Below are positions 40,235 to 53,100 of a DNA stretch of 64,000 nt, piece after piece. The notes under the pieces were generated by a model. The model ran no database searches, was not told the origin of the DNA, and saw nothing but the letters and a program-made list of their open reading frames with translations. Made by a program: the position numbers and the translations under genes. The DNA is taken from NCBI RefSeq assembly GCF_964355755.1, contig NC_092677.1, positions 24,415,175 through 24,479,174 on the forward strand. The letters run 5' to 3'. Every line of letters starts with the position of its first letter. The first letter of the stretch is position 1. Origin of the DNA: Antedon mediterranea (taxonomy: Eukaryota > Animalia > Echinodermata).

Positions 40235-43200
40235 AGCTGACATTCCTCGTGCATTCTCAGTTTATTTATTTACTACATTTATTTATTCAATTTTGATTCA
40301 CAAGGGTAGCTCTAACAGGTGTACGAGTACAGCTGTCTTGAATAGGCCCTTTTAAAAACATTATACAATTATACAAAAAGACATTCAAACATCAAATTAC
40401 AAGTAGATCCATAAAGCCTGTTCCTGTCGATCGTTAAGTTGCGTTGAGTTGCGCTAAGTTGCGTTGACATATTCAACGATTTGACAGGAAAAGGGGGTAA
40501 AAAATCAACGTTACAAATCGTTAAAGTCTGAAATCATAAAATTACAAGTAGATTCATAAAGTTAAAATTCAGGTTTTTAAGAAGTTAAAACATTACAAGT
40601 TAAAATATTAAAATTTACGGAGTAATTTATTTTTGCAAACTACTCCATCAAGAAACTAAAAGAAAATTAATACATTTGAGTTTTGAACTCTGCACTTTTA
40701 TTTTTTACTTGTTATTCTTGATTCTAGTGTTTTTATCAGATATTATTTGGAGTTTGTATTGGGTACACTGTGACGGGTACAAGTAGTACCATTAGGGTGT
40801 GTTCCATGTATATATAGGAATTATAGGTGTAAAGGAATTATAGATATATTTATTTCAATAAACACCATTGCAACAACAAAAAAACAAAAACAAAAAACAT
40901 TATGTTTAAATTTTGTTTTTTGAGCTACATTGTTTGTCTGTTGATAAGTGTGTAGTTTAGAAAGATTAGGTTGGTTGATTGTAAAGTATAGTAAATTATC
41001 AAATTGATTTATTACAAAATAAATATTATATTTGTTATCTTTGTGAATATTTTGTATATAAAGATACATTTGAATAATTAGTTTCATTATTTATTTAATT
41101 TGTTAAGATATTGAGTGTATCTCACAAAGGACAAACAATAAGATTTAGTATAGATTGGCTAGTAAGATTTACTATCAGTCTGTGTTTTATCTTTTAACTT
41201 TGTAACTGTGTGTTTGTCTGTATTCAATTCATCCTATGTACGTTTAATTATTCACGTTTTTATTCAAACTTTGCATTTAGATCAACAAAATACTTTCTTT
41301 ATTATCTGTAATAAACAGCTATATACTCTGTCGGAATACTAATAAATATTAGATGGAAAAGAATTATTGTATCTTTATAATTATTTGGTTCCTACATTAG
41401 TTTAAACTTAATGAGATGCAACTGAATATTGGAAGCAATATATCGTCAATTAATAGATGATCCTATAACATATGTTTTTTGTAATTTGTCGGATACCACT
41501 TTTTCATGGAGTTTACATAAATAATAATATTATCTGACTACATGTGTTTTTGTAATTTTGCAATTAGTGATAGTTAAATCCAATGAATAATTAAAATCAC
41601 CAACGCGACCAATTTCCTAAGAAATTAGAAATGTATTTATTATTCTTATTACACTGTAAAATATTGTTTAGATCTTAAACATCTATTTTGTACCCACTTT
41701 TTCATCTTTATTTTATTATTTATTTTATTTATTTTTATTTTATTCAGTTCACAACCAACAGCGATGAAACCGCCACTAACAGGTTGGATATAAACATAAT
41801 AAACTATAATAATAAATTCAAAGAAGCAACAAAAACATAAACAAAGATTGGAACATTATAGCGTGTTTAAAACATAAACGTGTTTATAGCTACATTTTGT
41901 TTTCCTCCACTCGTTTAGCAGTCAACATGTAACTATTATGTTCAGTCAACATGTTTAGGTACGTGTTTAGCGTTGCGTGCAGCGCATATGATTTTACTGT
42001 GGCGGAAAAAAAGCTCCACACATGAGCTCCACACGTGGCAAATTAATATTGCTTTATATTGCTCCACATGTTTAACAATAAGCATGTCACTGATGTGTTG
42101 AGTTGGATACAGACTGCATGTTTAGAACCTAAACATGTTCATATCTAAACATGTTTAAGGCTAAATGTGTGGAAAACGTTGGTACAAATAGATGTTTAAG
42201 ATCTAAACACTATTTTTACAGTGATAATATGATTTTTGTTTGCTCGTCTGATTTCGCTGATGTCATCATCTGCCAGGGATGAATATTTCTATTTGTACAA
42301 ATAAAACAAAATATTTCGTTGAGACAAGAACTAACTGATTATGTTGTATTCAGTGATTTTGAGAAAGTGTTGCCTAACTCAATGGTAATCCTAAACGAAT
42401 GTGTCCATCATAGAAGGACATACACATGGCTGCGTACAGTCGCGTGCTCAAGTTAGTGTTTACCGACCAACCGACATGTAGAGTCGCGTTGCACGTGACT
42501 AAAAACCGAAGCGAAAACCATTTTGACCGTATAAATGGTTTTTTTAACCTAAAATTATATTTTAATTTATGGGTCTCCTCTTGTGCTTTTAAAACTAAAT
42601 TTCTTTCCATTCATATCCAAAATTTCAACATACTCAAATGATATTATCTAATTTATATTTAAATTGCACGTGCCATAATTAACTCACTCCTTTGTAGATT
42701 CATCCTCACCCTAAGAGTTTTGTATTTTCAAATAACAATGCAAAATCCACTCACCTACAGATTCATTATATTCCCAACAGTGTCTATTCTCAATTTAATT
42801 CCTAGAACTTACATTGCCTGATGCTCAACACTGCTTTGCTTTAAGTATAAATACTGATTTTGAATTCAGTATAACAACTAGATTCATTTCAGCCACAACA
42901 AGCGGTTTTGTTCATATTTAATTCTGAGTAAAAGACGGAGCTGATGCTTCAACCTCTTTGCGTAAAAAAAAAAATTCTGCAACAAGATACAAGAAACTTT
43001 TTTTTTTGTCTTCGTAAAAACAAAGAAATGTCGGTTGTCAGCAAATCCCATTAAAAAGATACATATACATAAACGGACTAAAGAATGAAAATTAGTTACT
43101 TAGACTACTATTTTTTATATAAACAAAGACTTCTTATTTTTATTAAATAAAAAATATTGTTTGATTTAAAGATGTATTGTACCCCAAAACATAAAAAAAT

Positions 43201-43482
43201 GAAGATTAATTTTTAAAAAGACTTTGAATAGGCCATTTCGCAGTGTTGATTAAGTTAATAACTTCTATAGAAAAAAGGATTTTATAATAAAATAAGGTTT
43301 TCACTTATAAAAAGACAAATTAGCGGTAAAATTCAACCGAAAACTGGATCGAAAAAAAAAATATTTTCCTGAAAAAATGTAATTTAAAGCAAAAAAAAAA
43401 CTTAAATGGTTTTGTTACAATTAACCGTTTCTCTTGTCTTTTTATAAGTGAAATAATTATTTTGTTGATTTGTTTTAAAGTA

Positions 43483-43524
<42 letters not shown>

Positions 43525-44137
43525 TGGTAGGCCTACTTGATATAGCGCATTATGCTGAAAGCCTCAATGCGCTTTACATAGACAGAAACATTTAGAAAAT
43601 TACAAATTAAAAAGGTGGGTTTATAAATAAATAAATAGCTTTATTAAAACTTTTTCAGTTTTTCGGGGGACAATACATCTTTAACTATTTGTTTGTTTTA
43701 AGTTAGGGCCTACAGTTTTTTCAGGTAAATATTTTTTTTCGATCCAATTTTTTGAATAACTACTGTATTATGTGACATTAAAATGGCATATCAAAAAACA
43801 TTTAAAAAAACATTTTCAGGGGGACAATATCTTATCAAAACCGTTAGTTACACCAGTTAAATATACTCTATATGATGACGTGTTTACGTTTAAAGCTCCA
43901 CAGGTATATATATGAGACATATTGAATTATCAAAAGAAAAGCAAAGTTCAATAATTAAATCATATTGCCCACAACCTGGTCTGGTAATGTAATTTAATAC
44001 ACTTTAAGTGAATGTCATCTTAAAAATTAATGAAGACAATCATGAAATAAGTAGGCCTAGGTCTATGCATTATATTAGTGAGCTTTTGACAAACTAACGG
44101 TTTATTTCTATTACCGATTTAATACGTATGTAAGAAG

Positions 44138-47100
44138 ATGTTCATCTTTAAAGACGCAAGAATACTAGTACTAGGCCTAGTACTAGAACTATTGCCATTC
44201 TGTTTCACAAATAATGCCAGACCTGGTATGTATTAAATGCATTTAACATTTAGAATTAAAGATGTATTGTCCCCCTGAAAAAATAATTCTTACAATTTTT
44301 TTTGTTAAATATGCCATTTTAATTTCACCTAATACTGTTGTTACGCTATCCACTTTTAGCAAAAATTAGATCGGGAAAAAAATGTATTTACCTAAAAGCA
44401 AAAGATAATAGTCAAATTGGCTGCCAAATTTTTTTTTTTTTATTGAATTTAACCATTTATTTTGTCATTTTATAAGTGAAAACATTTTTTTTATATAATT
44501 ATGTTCTGTGACCGTCTTCTAACAGTAGGTTAATGTTCATCTATTTCTGCATTCTTAAAATAACTATTATCTTTTGTTCATGTTTTATGTTGGTTGATGT
44601 TATGAGTTTACTGTACGGTATAAAACATATTTCGGTTTTTGCCGATTGTTCTCAGGTTTTATGAAATTGTCAAAACTTTGGAAAGTGTTTTTCTGTTAGT
44701 GTTAGTGTCCAAGATACAACAGTATTGACAACACGTAACATTTTGTTAGTGTTTGGTTCTTTTAGTGTTCAAATTTCCACCATACAACAGTGTTGAAAAC
44801 ACGTAGCATTTTGTTCTGCTAGTGTCCATATTCCAGCAAACAACAGTGTTGAATACGCGTATCATTTTGTTAGTGTTTGGATCTTTTAGTGTCCATGTTT
44901 CCACCATACAACAGTGTTGAACACACGATCATTTTGTTAGTATTTGGTTCTGTTGGTGTCCATGTTTCCACCATACAACAGTGTTGAACACACGATCATT
45001 TTGTTAGTATTTGGTTCTGTTGGTGTCCATGTTTCCACCATACAACAGTGTTGACTAACATTTTGTTAGCGTTTGGTTCTATTAGTGTTAAAGTTTCCAT
45101 CATACAACAGTGTTGAAAACACGTAGCATTTTGTTAGTGTTTGGTTCTATTAGTGTTAAAGTTTCCACCATACAACAGTGTTGAAAACACGTAGCATTTT
45201 GTTAGTGTTTGGTTCTATTAGTGTTAAAGTTTCCACCATACAACAGTGTTGAAAACACGTAGCATTTTGTTAGCGTTTGGTTATATTATTGTTCAAATTT
45301 CCACCTTACAGCAGTGTTGAACACACGTAGCATTGTGTTATAAGTGCTTGGTTCTGTTAGTGTCCATGTTTCCACCATACAACAGTGTTGACAAACATTT
45401 TGTTAGTGTTTGGTTCTTTTAGTGTTCAAGTTTCCACCATACAACAGTGTTGAAAACGCATAGCATTTTGTTAGTGTTGGGTTCTGTTTGTGTCCATGTT
45501 CCAATTCATACATAGCAGTGTTGAAAACAACATGTAGCATTTTGTTAGCGTTTGGTTCTGTTAGTGTCCATGTTTCCACCATACAACAGTGTTGAAAACA
45601 CGTAGCATTTTGCATCGTGTTTTGTTCTGTTAATGTCCATGTTTCCACCCTACAACAGTGTAACATTTTGTAAATCTGTATACTGTGGTCTAGAGCCTCA
45701 ATAACGTATAACTGTGTGCGTGTATGGCGAAGCTTATACGTTACCGGACACAGTCGAATACATTTGTTTTAAAGAAAATCTTATTTTAGAACTTATTAAA
45801 TTATTATTAACAAGGCATATTCATGGCTGCAGTCGCGTGCTCAAGTTAGTGTTTACCAGCCAACCCACCGAAAAACGCGACTCAAAAGCTAAGCATTAAA
45901 ACTAATGGGATACTAAAACTCATGATACAATACATTCCAATTAATAGTTTATGATGCATTCTGTTTTCTTTATTTTAAATTTTAAGGTTGTAACCGTATG
46001 TTATGTTGAATATAAAATTAATTTTAAGAGGATAATTAATATTTAAAGTTTTGCAAATTTACCATCTTTGAATTATTTTAAAAATAATGTTTGATTTATA
46101 CAACAGACCTACTGTACAAATTAATTTTTTATTAGTGTTTTTTTATTGGTGAACATCGACGAATAGGTCTGTATGCCTATACTTCACATACAAAATGTTC
46201 AGTCTATCCACAGGGTTGTTATAACAGTGACATACTACTTAGTGAAGTAACTTGTTTGCCATGGAACATGAATACAGTTACAGAACTCATTAAGTATAAT
46301 AAACAAAGCACCATATTATCATTGTAAGTATTGAAGTGTACATGCGGTTGCTTTTAAGTAAATACAGAATTTACTTTTTTTGGTGATAAACCGCTAACTT
46401 TGTTTATTTCTCAATGTAGAGGGTATTGCTAAACCGAAAACCTTAAAAAACATAGCAAACCCCATCGAACCAACATAAAAAAGTAGAATTTATTTCGTCA
46501 CTTTGACGAATTGATCATTGTGATAAAAAAATACATTAAAATTTGAGCGCAAAGCGTTGTAGTGCTGCTGAGTTGTGCCTATTGTGTAGTCTAGTCATAG
46601 AATATATAAAGTATATAATATACACGGGTCCCATATATGTTCTAATGGCATGATGACGTTATCCAAATCAAAGAAAAAAAATTACAGAATTGTAAATCGT
46701 CCAAAATAGACCATGATTTATTACTGAGATTTTTTCAAAAACACGGGTGAAATGGACTGATACTGCTAAGGGAGAGAAATGCCTAATAAAGTCTACTTTA
46801 GTTAAAAAATAAGAAAAAAAAAAGCATTGTATTTTGTAATTCTCACACTCTAGGCCCTTAACGTTAATTTTCTCTTCGTTTAGCAATTATTTACCGAGAA
46901 GCACAAAATGATGTATACAAGTGTTATTTTCAGAAATCTTAATAAATGTGATAATTTATTGTAAAGCGTTTACAACCAGCCTATATTTAAATTATATTTC
47001 ATTAATCTAAAAACGGTTCATTGTTATATTAAATAAGTATTTAGCAGCATAGTAGGCCTGTGGTGTAATGAATAAAACAACAACACACACAATAAGTGAT

Positions 47101-50100
47101 GTAAGATATATGATGTGTGCTTTTTTAATGAAATCAAATCGTTCAATCAAATAACAGAAAATATTCAGGTGTTATTATAGTATGGTATAATTAATAAAAC
47201 TATCTTTTACATTTCATAATTTTGAAGGTGGTTGCAAAGCAATCAAATTACTACATTGACAGCCAATGCATTTGCTGGTTTGGAATCATTGAAAGAACTG
47301 TAAGTGTTATTCTTCATCATATCCACATACGTATTTCCATATCATGTTTTATACACATTACACATATTTAAAACTAGTACATAAATATAGGACAATGCTT
47401 ATTGTGTCATATTCTAAATTAAATTCCTCAATAATAAACTGTCTGAAAGAAAACTTGAGCCTGAAACTGTAAAGGCTTTACGTTGCAAAATGTAAAATTA
47501 AATGGTGAGTTTAACAATTATTTGCTGATATGCTCACAATGATGTATAAAAAGTGTTATTGTCAGAAATCTTAATAAATGTGATAATTCATTGCAAAGCA
47601 TCCACATCAGTCTATATTTATTCATTTTAATAATTAAAAAAATGTTGATTGTCTTTTAATTGTTTAATGAATTATTTAGCAGTATAATATGTAGTATGGT
47701 ATCATGAATACAACTTTTTTTTATATTTCACAACTTTGAAGGTACTTGGAGTACAATCAAATTAGTACATTGACAGAGAATGCATTCGCTGGTTTGGAAT
47801 CATTGAAAGGACTGTAAGTGACGTTGTTTATGTTTACATACCTATGAAGTTAATATTAATGTTATTTACTGCACAATATACATATTTAAAAACAATATTT
47901 TAAAACTAGTACATAAATATAGGCCAATGCTTATTGTGTCATATTCTAAATTGAATTGCTCAACATTAAACTGTATGAAAGCAAACTTGAGCCTGAAACT
48001 GTAAAGGCTTTCCGTTGCAAAATGTAAATTAAATGGCGAGTTTAGCAATTATTTGCTGTTAATCACACAATGATGTATAAATGTGTTATTGTCAGAAATC
48101 CTAATAAATGTGATTAATTCATTTCAAAAAATCCACATCAATCTATATTTATTTATTTGAAAAAAATGTTGATTGTCTTTGAATTGTTTAATGAATTATT
48201 TAGTAGTATTAGTATGCATGGTATATAATTAATGAAACTATATATCTTTTACATTTAACAACTTTTAAGGTGGTTGTACAACAATCAAATTAGAACATTG
48301 ACAGAGAATGCATTCGCTGGTTTGAAATCATTGGAAAGTCTGTAAGTGACGTTTATTATGTTTAAATATCTATGACGTTAATCCTAAAGTTATTTACTGC
48401 ACAATATACACACATTTAAAAACATTATTTTAAAACTAGTACATAAATATAGGCCAATGCTTATTGTGTCATATTCTAAATTAAATTCCTCAATAATAAA
48501 CTGTATGAAAGCAAACTTGAGCATGAAACTGAAAAGACTTTCCGTTGCAAAATGTAAAATTAAATGGTAAGTTTAGCAATTATTTACTGATATGCTCACA
48601 ATGATTGTATAAATGTGTTATTGTCAGAAATATTAATAAAGGTGATAATTGATTGCAAAGCATTAACATCATCCTATATTTATTTATTTGAATAATTTAA
48701 AAAAATGTTGATTGTCTTTTAATTGTTTAATGAATTATTTAGCAGTATAATATGGTTTAATTAATCAAACTTTCATATTTCACAACTTTGAAGGGGGTTG
48801 CAGTACAATCAAATTAGTACATTGACAGAGAATACATTCGCTGGTTTGGAATCATTGGAAGAACTGTAAGTGTTATTGATTATGTTTACATACCTATGAA
48901 GTTAATCATAATGTTATTTACTGCACAATATACACACATTTAAAAACATTATTTTAAAACTAGTACATAAATATAGGCCAATGCTTATTGTGTCATATTC
49001 TAAATTAAATTCCTCAATAATAAACTGTATGAAAGCAAACTTGAGCATGAAACTGAAAAGACTTTCCGTTGCAAAATGTAAAATTAAATGGTAAGTTTAG
49101 CAATTATTTACTGATATGCTCACAATGATTGTATAAATGTGTTATTGTCAGAAATATTAATAAAGGTGATAATTGATTGCAAAGCATTAACATCATCCTA
49201 TATTTATTTATTTGAATAATTTAAAAAAATGTTGATTGTCTTTTAATTGTTTAATGAATTATTTAGCAGTATAATATGGTTTAATTAATCAAACTTTCAT
49301 ATTTCACAACTTTGAAGGATGTTGCATTACAATCAAATTAGTACATTGACAGAGAATACATTCGCTGGTTTGGAATCATTGGAAGAACTGTAAGTGTTAT
49401 TGATTATGTTTACATACCTATGAAGTTAATCATAATGTTATTTACTGCACAATATACACACATTTAAAAACATTATTTTAAAACTAGTACATAAATATAG
49501 GCCAATGCTTATTGTGTCATATTCAAAATGAAATTCCTCAATAATAAACTGTATGAAAGCAAACTTGAGCATGAAACTGAAAAGGCTTTCCGTTGCAAAA
49601 TGTAAATTAAATGGCGATTTTAGCAATTATTTTCTGTTAATCACACAATGATGTATAAATGTGTTATTGTCAGAAATATTAATAAAGGTGATAATTGATT
49701 GCAAAGCATCCACATCAGCCTATATTTATTTATTTGAATAATTAAAAAAAATGTTGATTGTCTTTTAATTGTTTAATGAATTATTTAGCAGTATAATATG
49801 GTATAATTAATAAAACTTTCATATTTCACAACTTTGAAGGAGGTTGGAGTACAATCAAATTACAACATTGACAGCCAATGTATTCGCTGGTTTGGAATCA
49901 TTGGAAAGGCTGTAAGTGACGTTGATTATGTTTACATACCTATGACATTAATCATAATGTTATTTACTGCACAATAAACACATATTTAAAAACAATATTT
50001 TAAAACTAGTACATAAATATAGACCAATGCTTATTGTGTCATATTCAAAATGAAATTCCGTAATATTAAACTGTATGAAAGCAAACTTGAGCATGAAAGT

Positions 50101-53100
50101 GAAAAGGCTTTCCGTTACAAAATGTAAATTAAATTGTGAGTTTAGCAATTATTTGCTGATATGCTCACAATGATTGTATAAATGTGTTATTGTCAGAAAT
50201 ATTAATAAAGGTGATAATTGATTGCAAAGCATCCACATCAGCCTATATTTATTTATTTGAATAATTAAAAAAAATGTTGATTGTCTTTTAATTGTTTAAT
50301 GAATTATTTAGCAGTATAATATGGTATAATTAATAAAACTTTCATATTTCACAACTTTTAAGGTGGTTGCAGTACAATCAAATTAAAACATTGACAGAGA
50401 ATGCATTCGCTGGTTTGAAATCATTGGAATGGCTGTAAGTGACGTTGTTTATGTTTACATACCTATGAAATTAATCCTAATGTTATTTAGTGCACAATAT
50501 ACACATATTTAAAAACAATATTTTTAAACTAGTACATAAATATATAGGCCAATGCTTATTGTGTCATATTCAAAATGAAATTCCTCATATTAAACTGTAT
50601 GAAAGCAAACTTGAGCTTGAAACTGTAAAGGCTTTCCGTTGCAAAATGTAAATTAAATTGTGAGTTTAGCAATTATTTGCTGATATGCTCACAATGATGT
50701 ATAAATGTGTTATTGTCAGAAATCTTAATAAAGGTGATAATTCATTGCAAAAAATCCACATCAGTCTATATTTAATTTATATTTCAATAATCTAAAAATG
50801 GTTCATTGTTATATTTAATAAGTATTTAGCAGCATAGTAGGCCTGTGGTGTAATGAATAAAACAACAATACACACAATATGTATACATAGATATATGGTG
50901 TGTGCTTTTTTAATGAAGTCATATCGTTCAATCAAATATTCAGGTGTTATATAGTATGGTATAATTAATAAAACTATCTTTTACATTTCATAATTTTGAA
51001 GGTGGTTGAAAAGGAATCAAATTAGTACATTGACAGAGTATGCATTTGCTGGATTGGAATCATTGAAACAACTGTAAGTGTTATTCTACATCATATCCAC
51101 ATACGTACCTCCATACTGTATATCATGTTATATACACATTACACACATTGTACATACACCGTAACCTTATTTGGTTACTTTTGTCGACATGAATTATTTT
51201 CATAATAATTCATTATTGAGTAAATCAAAATTATAGTATTTATTAGTTTGTTACCAATATTAGGAATATTTAGCATTGTTATAGCCTGTGAATCAAATTT
51301 AAGTAAGTAAGCTATAAGATTTAATAAGAAATTTTAACTTTATTCGTATTTATTCATTCATTTTGACACACCAGCCCTGGTATTTATTCTTACAAAGGTT
51401 TTACAATTTAATCTCACTCTTATTTGCTGTGACGAAATACCTCTCCTCATATACACACAATGTTTAAAAACAATATTTTAAAACTAGTACATAAAAGGCC
51501 AATTAAATTGTGTCATATTCAAAATAAAATTCCTCAACTGTAAAGCAAATTTGAGCCTGAAACTGTAAAGGCTTTAGGAAAATAAGTAAATAGCCTTTAC
51601 ATACCCTATTTTAAATTCTAAAAAGTCTGAAAAAATCTTCAAGTGCAGTCGTGATCGATTAGTGTATTTGACCAATGTAAACATATGAAGTGAATTTGTG
51701 CCTGAAACTGACAAGACTTTCCGTTACAAAATGTAAATTATATAGAGTGTTTACCAATTATTTGATAATATTCACACAATGTATTATTGTTATTGTCAGA
51801 AATATTCTTAATTCATGGCCTATATTTAATTAATCCAATAATCTAAAAATCAGTCATTGTATTCAATTGGATATTTGGCTAAAACTATCTTTTACATTTG
51901 AAAACTTTAAAGGTTGTTAAGCAATAATCAAATTAGTACATTGACAGAGAATGCATTCGCTGGTTTGAAATCATTGGAAAAGCTGTAAGTGACGTTGTTT
52001 ATGTTTACATACCTATGACGTTAATCGTAATGTTATTTACTGCACAATAAACACATATTTAAAAACAATATTTTAAAACTTATACATAAATATATGCCAA
52101 TGCTTATTGTGTCATATTCAAAATTAAATTCCTTAATATTAAACTGTATGAAAGCAAACTTGAGCGTGAAACTGTAAAGGCTTTCCGTTACAAAATGTAA
52201 ATTAAATGGTGAGTTTAGCAATTATTTGCTGATATGCTCACAATGATGTATAAAAGTGTTATTGTCAGAAATCACAATAAAGGTGATAATTCATTGCAAA
52301 AAATCCACATCAGCCTATTTATTTATTTGAATAATTAAAAAAAATGTTGATTGTCTTTTAATTGTTTAATGAATTATTTAGCAGTATAATAATATGGTTT
52401 AATTATTAATAAAACTATATCTTTTACATTTAACAACTTTTAAGGTGGTTGTACAACAATCAAATTAGTACATTGACAGCCAATGCCTTCGCTGGTTTGG
52501 AATCGTTGAAAGAACTGTAAGTGACGTTGTTTATGTTTACATACCTATGAAGTTAATCATAATGTTATTTACTGCACAATATATACATATTTAAAAACAA
52601 TATTTTAAAACTAGTACATTATAGGCCAATGTTTATTGTGTCATTATTCAAAATGAAATTCCTCAATATTAAACTGTATGAAAAAAACTTGAGCCTGAAA
52701 CTGAAAAGGCTTTCCGTTGCAAAATGTAAATTAAATGGTGAGTTTAGCAATTATTTGCTGATAATCACACAATGATGTATAAATGTGTTATTGTCAGAAA
52801 TATTAATAAAGGTGATAATGCATTGCAAAGTATCCACATCAGCCTATATTTATTCATTTTAATAATTTAAAAAATTTTGATTGTCTTTTAATTGTTTAAT
52901 GTTATTTAGCAGCTTAATATGGTATAATAATAAAACTATATCATTTATATTTCACAACTTTTAAGATATTTGCAAAACAATCAAATTAGTACATTGACAG
53001 CCAATACATTCGCTGGTTTGAAATCATTGGATAGTCTGTAAGTGACGTTGTTTATGTTTACATACCTATGAAGTTAATCCTAATGTTATTTACTCCACAA

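Noticed and set aside
45403-45666. 87-aa Cys-rich repeat ORF (also 61722, 20130)
   Set aside because: Translation of the minisatellite.
22808-52221. Family of ~62-aa minus-strand ORFs MLNSPFNLHF..
   Set aside because: They lie in the repeated cassette intron, start at TTG and are broken by indels in most cassettes; a repeat artefact.
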